Shown piece by piece: positions 44,066 to 49,462 of a DNA stretch of 49,462 bases; the stretch's first letter is position 1; the number at the start of each line of letters is the position of its first letter. The translations under genes and the position numbers were made by a program. Below the pieces are notes generated by a model. That model ran no database searches. It was given only the letters and a program-made list of their open reading frames with translations, and had not been told where the DNA came from. This DNA is from an uncultured Collinsella sp. (GTDB lineage Bacteria; Actinomycetota; Coriobacteriia; Coriobacteriales; Coriobacteriaceae). Location: positions 1 to 49,462 of the forward strand of contig CABUSL010000001.1 of assembly GCA_902494295.1 (NCBI GenBank), in the 5' to 3' direction.

Positions 44066-45085
44066 GTGGGTGACCGAGGCTTACGCAATGATTCGCGTGA
44101 GGTCCGTTGGGGCATTTTGGGCGCTGGGCACATCTCTCATCGATTTGCTTCGTCGCTCAAGAAGGTCGACGGGGCACGGCTGGTGGCTGCGGCCGGCCGC
44201 ACTCCTGCACATGTCGAGGAATTTTGCCAAGCGTTTTCGATCGATGCTGCCCATGGCCATGCCTCGGTCGACGATAACGGCGATGCGGCTTATGACGCGC
44301 TGATTGCCGACCCCGATGTCGACGCAATCTACTTGGCTCTTCCGCATGGCATGCATACGCGTTGGGCCTGTCGCGCGCTGCGCGCCGGAAAGGCCGTGCT
44401 GTGCGAAAAGCCAGCCGTTTTGAGTGAGGAAGAGGCTCTCTTGATTGCCTCCACCTCTCGCGAGCACGGCGTGCTGTTTATGGAGGCGATGAAGAATCGG
44501 TTATGCCCGATGCGCACTCGCGTGAAGGACTTGCTTGCGTCGGGTGAGCTTGGCCGTATTGTCTCGATTGAAAGCGTGCAAAAGCTCGATTACGGCGAGT
44601 CTCCTTCGGGCTATCTGCTCGATCCGTTGCAGGGCGGCTGTCTATATGACATGGGCTGCTATGCAGTCGGTTGGTTTGAGGATTTGCTCGCGGGCGCTTG
44701 CGAGGTTTCGTCCCGTGAAGTTCGCTGGCGTGACGTATCGGGCGGTCGCGTCGATTGGGCCGACGAGATCCATATGAGCGTCGGCGGTATGCCCATTCAT
44801 ATGGTGTGCGACGGCGAAGCAACATATGAAAGCCGCTTAACGATTGCCTGTGAGCGGGGCTCGTTGGAAATCGAGCGGCTCCATCGCCCCGAGCTCGCTC
44901 ATGTGAAGTATTCCGACGGTCGAACGCTAGAAATAAATGCCCCGTTTGAGATCGATGATTTCTATGGCGAAATCCAGCATGCGACCCAGCTCATCCGGGC
45001 GGGGAAACTCGAGAGTCCCGTCATGCCCCTTGCCGCCACACAGCGCTGCGCGCGTATTATCGATGCAATCCGTCTAGCCCTCTAG
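44066..45085 (+). CDS. Gfo/Idh/MocA oxidoreductase
   Basis: RWGILGAGHI, DAIYLALPH, AVLCEKP and GGCLYDMGCY motifs. Confidence 0.88.
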   Translation: MGDRGLRNDSREVRWGILGAGHISHRFASSLKKVDGARLVAAAGRTPAHVEEFCQAFSIDAAHGHASVDDNGDAAYDALIADPDVDAIYLALPHGMHTRWACRALRAGKAVLCEKPAVLSEEEALLIASTSREHGVLFMEAMKNRLCPMRTRVKDLLASGELGRIVSIESVQKLDYGESPSGYLLDPLQGGCLYDMGCYAVGWFEDLLAGACEVSSREVRWRDVSGGRVDWADEIHMSVGGMPIHMVCDGEATYESRLTIACERGSLEIERLHRPELAHVKYSDGRTLEINAPFEIDDFYGEIQHATQLIRAGKLESPVMPLAATQRCARIIDAIRLAL

Positions 45086-45156
45086 GACTTGGCGCTGACA
45101 CGTAGGGGATCATGACGCCGGTGCCCGCGGTGTCTGGCGGCCCACATCTCTGATGC

Positions 45157-45240
45157 CCCTTTTATAACTTGCGGTGGAATACGGTCTGTTTGCGCCAAAA
45201 TAAGGCACCAATAGACCGTATCTCACCGCAACTGATGAGG
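45157..45240 (+). repeat. Structured leader, copy 2 (homologous to 43975-44060)
   Basis: Long hairpin TTGCGGTG..ATACGGTCT / AGACCGTAT..CACCGCAA directly before the SD of nfo. Confidence 0.65.
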
Positions 45241-45251
45241 GGGAGTTGGAG

Positions 45252-46118
45252 ATGCTGACGATCGGGTGTCATCTTTCGACGACGAAGGGCTATCGGGCAA
45301 TGGGGGAGACGGCGTTGTCCATTGGCGCCAATACCTTTGCATTCTTTACGCGCAACCCGCGCGGTGGCAAGGCGAAAGACCTTGACATGGATGACGTGGC
45401 GGCTCTGCGCGAGCTTATGGCGCAAAACGACTTTGGACCGCTGGTGGCGCATGCCCCGTATACCTATAACCCCTGCTCCGCTAAGGAGCGGGCGCGCGAG
45501 TTTGCCTTGGAGGCTATGGCGGAAGATTTGCAGCGTCTGGAAGCGCTGCCCAGCAACTACTACAACTTCCATCCTGGCGCGCATGTGGGACAGGGGGCAG
45601 ACGCCGGCATTCAGATGATTGTCGACACGCTGTGCCAGGTGATGTTTGAGGGGCAGCAGACGACGGTATTGCTCGAGACCATGGCGGGCAAGGGCACCGA
45701 GGTGGGTCGTAGCTTTGAGGAACTGGCGCTCATCATTGAGGGTGTTGCCGGCAAGCGCCCCGAGCTGTCGGCCAAGCTGGGCGTTTGTTTGGATACCTGC
45801 CATGTGAGCGATGCCGGCTACGACATCATCCATGATCTGGACGGCGTACTCGACGAGTTTGACCGCGTGGTGGGTATCGATCGCTTGCATGCCGTACACA
45901 TCAACGATTCGAAGAACCCTTGTGGCGCCCATAAAGATCGTCACGAGTGCATCGGCAAGGGATACCTTGGCAGCGAGGAATTTGGTGGCGGTATGCAGGT
46001 TATGCAGAATATTGTATCGAACGGCCGTTTGCGTTCGCTGCCGTTTATTTTGGAGACTCCGAACGAACTTGCAGGTTATGCAGCTGAAATTAGACTATTA
46101 AGGTCATTGCAGCAGTAA
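45252..46118 (+). CDS. nfo: Endonuclease IV
   Basis: [39 protein letters not shown] and ILETP motifs. Confidence 0.94.
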   Translation: MLTIGCHLSTTKGYRAMGETALSIGANTFAFFTRNPRGGKAKDLDMDDVAALRELMAQNDFGPLVAHAPYTYNPCSAKERAREFALEAMAEDLQRLEALPSNYYNFHPGAHVGQGADAGIQMIVDTLCQVMFEGQQTTVLLETMAGKGTEVGRSFEELALIIEGVAGKRPELSAKLGVCLDTCHVSDAGYDIIHDLDGVLDEFDRVVGIDRLHAVHINDSKNPCGAHKDRHECIGKGYLGSEEFGGGMQVMQNIVSNGRLRSLPFILETPNELAGYAAEIRLLRSLQQ

Positions 46119-46265
46119 TGACTGTCACAAAGTAGAGTATTCCATTCACGTTATGGGTTTGTTTCAATCAGTTTTCTCATTGCAGATTCGTAATTCCGGG
46201 TGCATAATAGCCAACAGTTTTTGCAGACCTCTGAATCAAACGAGGTCACCGGAAGGAGACTGATT

Positions 46266-47126
46266 ATGAAGCTGAAGAAGCTTGGCGCATTTGCCGCCAC
46301 GGGTGCTATGGCGCTCGCCCTTGCTCTGACGGGCTGCGGTTCGTCCAACGCCACCTCTGGTTCTGATGCCGGTTCCAGCAGCTCTGACGACGCTAAGGTC
46401 GAGAAGGTCGACGGCTCCAAGGAGTACGCGCTCGTCAAGGACGGCACGCTGACCGTCGGCACCTCTGCCGAGTACGCGCCGTTTGAGTACAAGGATGACA
46501 ACGGCGACTACCAGGGCTTTGACCTTGAGCTCATCAAGGCTATCGGTGACAAGCTGGGTCTGGATGTCGAGTACGTCAACAATGACTTTGACACGCTGGT
46601 TCCGGGCGTCGCTTCGGGCGCCAAGTATGACGTTTCCATCGCGGCTATCACCGACACGCCCGAGCGTGAGAAGGAAGTCACTTTCTCTGATTCCTACTAC
46701 ATGGACGATCAGGCTATCGTGACCAAGGTCGATAACACCGACATCACGGCCGACAACTACAGCGAGAAGCTCAACAACGCCGACGCTACCATCATCGTCC
46801 AGTCTGGCTCGACCGCCGAGGCCTTTGCCCAGGAGAACTTCCCCAAGGCCAAGATCGTCCCCTACAAGGACGCCACCGAGTGCTTCAGCGCCCTGCAGTC
46901 CGATAAGGGCGACGCCGTAGTCACCAACCGCTCCGTTGCCAGCCAGCTGACCGCCGAGCAGTTCAACACCTGCCAGACCATCAAGCAAATCAGCACCGGC
47001 GAGGAGTACGCCATCGCCATCAACCAGGGCAACACCAAGCTCAAGGACGACATCAACCAGGCTATCAAGGACCTGACCGACGACGGTACCGTCGACGCCC
47101 TCATGGCTAAGTACAATATCAAGTAA
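46266..47126 (+). CDS. Polar amino-acid ABC transporter substrate-binding lipoprotein
   Basis: Lipobox LTGC; GTSAEYAPFEY, GFDLEL, TPEREK..FSDSY and GEEYAIA motifs. Confidence 0.9.
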   Translation: MKLKKLGAFAATGAMALALALTGCGSSNATSGSDAGSSSSDDAKVEKVDGSKEYALVKDGTLTVGTSAEYAPFEYKDDNGDYQGFDLELIKAIGDKLGLDVEYVNNDFDTLVPGVASGAKYDVSIAAITDTPEREKEVTFSDSYYMDDQAIVTKVDNTDITADNYSEKLNNADATIIVQSGSTAEAFAQENFPKAKIVPYKDATECFSALQSDKGDAVVTNRSVASQLTAEQFNTCQTIKQISTGEEYAIAINQGNTKLKDDINQAIKDLTDDGTVDALMAKYNIK

Positions 47127-47244
47127 AATAACTACTTGATTGCGCGCGGGCCCTTTCCGTTTTGGCGGAAAGGGCCTTTGCGCTTCTCTTGACGGAGAGC
47201 GTTTCCGTCTCGTTTTGCCGGCAACTTCTACGATAGGAGCCACC

Positions 47245-48606
47245 TTGTCTCGACTGAACAAAGGGGCCGCGGAGCAGCGTTTTCCACTGCCCTCGATGCT
47301 CCAAAAGCTGGCCTGTGCCCTGGCTGTGGCGCTCGCCCTGGTATGCGCGGGGGCCTGCGTGCCCACGACCGCCCAGGCGCTTGAGACCGCAAAGATTACC
47401 GCCCGACCCAATACCGGTTCGGGTAGCGATGTGGTCGGCGGCACCGAGACGCGCATCACTTGGGAAGTTCAGGCCGATGCCGACGAGGAGCTGAGCGGTC
47501 TTTCGCTGACGTTTGTCGACGGCACGACGTTTGGTACCGATGACACGCGATTGACGATGCTCTCGGGCGAGGACCTCATGGATCGTACGCCCATGAAGCC
47601 CACGTGCAAGGCTGACGGCCAGACGCTCAAGATTGACTTTGGCGAGACGGCGCCTGCCGGCGGCTATTTCCGCGTCGAGGTTTACGGTGTGACGTTTCCC
47701 GTCGAGGGCGGCGATGAGGCCTTTAGCGGCACCTATACGCTCGCTGACGGGTCGACCAAGAAGATCTCCAAGATTCCTCCCGTCGAGATTAAGGGCGTGA
47801 CGGCATTCGATAACTTCCTGGCCGACCTTAAGGAGCAGCCGTGGGTCGAGGCGTGGAACTCCAATATGTTTCTGCGCCTGTTCTTAAACCCGGTCATTTT
47901 GGTCCAAAGCCTGCCGATCGTCTTTAAGGGCTTCCTCATGTCGCTCTCGATCGTGCTCGTGGCGTTTCCGCTGGCAATCCCCTTTGGCTTTGCCTTGTCG
48001 CTCATGCGCATCTCCAAGTCGCGCATCCTGCGTTGCCTTGCCGGCATCTATGTGAATATCATTCGCGGTACGCCGGCGTTCCTGCAGATCTATATCGCGT
48101 TCTTCGGTCTGCCGTTGGCCGGCGTCAAGGTGGACGACTATGTCTTGGGCGTCATCGTCATGGCCATGAACTCGTCTGCGTACCTGTGCGAGATCTTCCG
48201 TGCCGGTATTCAATCGATTCCCAAGGGCCAAAACGAGGCTGCTCGCTCTCTGGGCATGAATGCCTTCCAGACGCTGCTCTACGTTATGATTCCGCAGACG
48301 TTCCGCAATGTTTTGCCTACGCTGACCAGCGAGTTTATCTTGCTTTACAAGGATACGTCGCTGCTTGCCGCCGTGGGTGTGGTCGAGATCGTCATGAACG
48401 CCCGTACCATCGTGGCCACGACGGGCTCCATTACGCCGTATGTGGTTGCCGCCCTGTTCTATCTGGTCATTACCCTGCCGCTTGCGCGCTTGGTGAGCGG
48501 TCTTGAGGCGAGGCTGCTGGGTACGGCCGAAACCAAAAAGAAGCGTCCCACCAAGAGTGCCGGACAGGTTGTCGCGACGCCTGCCGATCACATCGCCGGT
48601 CTGTAA
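47245..48606 (+). CDS. Amino-acid ABC permease with an N-terminal extracellular beta-rich domain
   Basis: TTG after AGGAG, signal-like ..AQA and a ~150-aa soluble domain. The HisM-type permease follows (IRGTP, EIFRAGIQSIPKGQNEAARSLGM, KDTSL). Confidence 0.85.
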   Translation: MSRLNKGAAEQRFPLPSMLQKLACALAVALALVCAGACVPTTAQALETAKITARPNTGSGSDVVGGTETRITWEVQADADEELSGLSLTFVDGTTFGTDDTRLTMLSGEDLMDRTPMKPTCKADGQTLKIDFGETAPAGGYFRVEVYGVTFPVEGGDEAFSGTYTLADGSTKKISKIPPVEIKGVTAFDNFLADLKEQPWVEAWNSNMFLRLFLNPVILVQSLPIVFKGFLMSLSIVLVAFPLAIPFGFALSLMRISKSRILRCLAGIYVNIIRGTPAFLQIYIAFFGLPLAGVKVDDYVLGVIVMAMNSSAYLCEIFRAGIQSIPKGQNEAARSLGMNAFQTLLYVMIPQTFRNVLPTLTSEFILLYKDTSLLAAVGVVEIVMNARTIVATTGSITPYVVAALFYLVITLPLARLVSGLEARLLGTAETKKKRPTKSAGQVVATPADHIAGL

Positions 48607-48618
48607 GGAGGTCCTATC

Positions 48619-49371
48619 ATGAGCGAAACCAATAACTCGAACGAGGTCGTCGTTAGCATCAAGAATCTCCAGAAGGCCTTTGGCGATAACGTGGTCCTGC
48701 GCGATATCGATCTGGATGTGCACAAGGGCGAGGTCGTCGTAGTTCTGGGTCCTTCGGGCTCGGGCAAGTCGACGATGCTTCGCTGCATCAATCGTCTGGA
48801 GCATCCCACGAGCGGCTCGATTGTCGTTGAGGGTGTGGATGTGTGCGCCAAGGGTGTCGACCTCAACAAAGTGCGCACGCACCTGGGCATGGTTTTTCAG
48901 CAGTTCAACCTGTTCCCGCACCTGTCGGTCAAAAAGAACGTCATGCTTGCGCAGCAAAAGGTGCTCAAGCGCAGCAAGGAAGAGGCCGAGAAGATCGCCG
49001 TCGAGGAACTCACCAAGGTCGGTCTGGCCGAGCGCATCGATTATATGCCGAGTCAGCTTTCGGGCGGCCAGCAGCAGCGCGTTGCCATCGCCCGCGCCCT
49101 GTCGATGAACCCGCACGTCATGCTCTTTGACGAGGCCACCTCGGCGCTCGACCCTGAGCTCGTGCGCGACGTCTTGGGCGTCATGCGCGACCTGGCGCGC
49201 GACGGTATGACGATGATTGTGGTGACGCACGAGATGGGCTTTGCCCGCGATGTCGCCGACCGCGTCGTCTTTATGGACGGCGGCGTCATTGTGGAAGAGG
49301 GTACGCCGAGCGAGGTCTTCGACCACCCCAAGAGCGAGCGCACCAAGGCGTTCTTGGGCAATATCTCGTAG
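48619..49371 (+). CDS. Amino-acid ABC transporter ATP-binding protein (GlnQ-like)
   Basis: [29 protein letters not shown] and VTHEM motifs. Confidence 0.93.
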   Translation: MSETNNSNEVVVSIKNLQKAFGDNVVLRDIDLDVHKGEVVVVLGPSGSGKSTMLRCINRLEHPTSGSIVVEGVDVCAKGVDLNKVRTHLGMVFQQFNLFPHLSVKKNVMLAQQKVLKRSKEEAEKIAVEELTKVGLAERIDYMPSQLSGGQQQRVAIARALSMNPHVMLFDEATSALDPELVRDVLGVMRDLARDGMTMIVVTHEMGFARDVADRVVFMDGGVIVEEGTPSEVFDHPKSERTKAFLGNIS

Positions 49372-49396
49372 CCGCTTTGCAAAGCTATCCTTACGG

Positions 49397-49432
49397 AAAG
49401 CGGGGGCTGGATTGATTCCAGCCTCCGCTTTT
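49397..49432 (+). terminator. Terminator after the amino-acid ABC operon
   Basis: AAAGCGGGGGCTGGA / TCCAGCCTCCGCTTT stem followed by T. Confidence 0.75.
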
Positions 49433-49462
49433 GTAGGGTGCAGTCGTGTTTTGAGATGGGCC

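Noticed and set aside
45232..45239. CTGATGAG as a hammerhead core, or GATGG/CTGATG as a fluoride riboswitch, in the duplicated leaders
   Set aside because: There is no stem II + GAAA, copy 1 reads CTGATGGG, and the fluoride pseudoknot pairing is missing.
43975..45240. Integron attC-like cassette interpretation of the duplicated leaders
   Set aside because: No RYYYAAC / GTTRRRY ends in proper register on either strand, and no integrase is present.
46119..46265. T-box or riboswitch upstream of the amino-acid ABC operon
   Set aside because: No T-box GGTGG.ACC motif or terminator is present, and the region is short and AT-rich, like a plain promoter.

Overview
A GC-rich, mostly core-genome window. 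Gene content and order suggest a gut Coriobacteriia member such as Collinsella; this is an inference, not a database match. In order, it contains: the end of a sialic-acid catabolic cluster (two CE7-like esterases, nanA, nanK, nanE); rapZ-whiA; gap-pgk-tpiA-gpmI-secG; an Opp/Dpp ABC transporter; tRNA-Leu; a PAS-GAF-PP2C phosphatase and a STAS-RsbW fusion; tRNA-Gly/Cys/Gly, a GH13 alpha-glucosidase and tRNA-Gly/Val; anaerobic ribonucleotide reductase nrdD/nrdG with NrdR boxes; folE-HD-folB; several housekeeping genes (slyD-like, orphan ureE-like, PerR-like, rnhA, LysR/metY, panE, nfo); and a polar amino-acid ABC transporter. No transposase, integrase, phage gene or CRISPR array was seen. The most unusual signal is non-coding: two families of dispersed ~85-125 nt intergenic hairpin elements whose stems differ in sequence while loop and bulge motifs are conserved. 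Family A (18340-18464, 18646-18770, 28377-28460) carries C-GNA-G triloops; family B lies at 2882-2977, 4034-4131 and 22875-22974. Other leads are a tRNA-Gly-linked mini element, a Met/Cys uORF before metY, a duplicated structured leader before two unrelated adjacent genes, and several atypical protein pairings.
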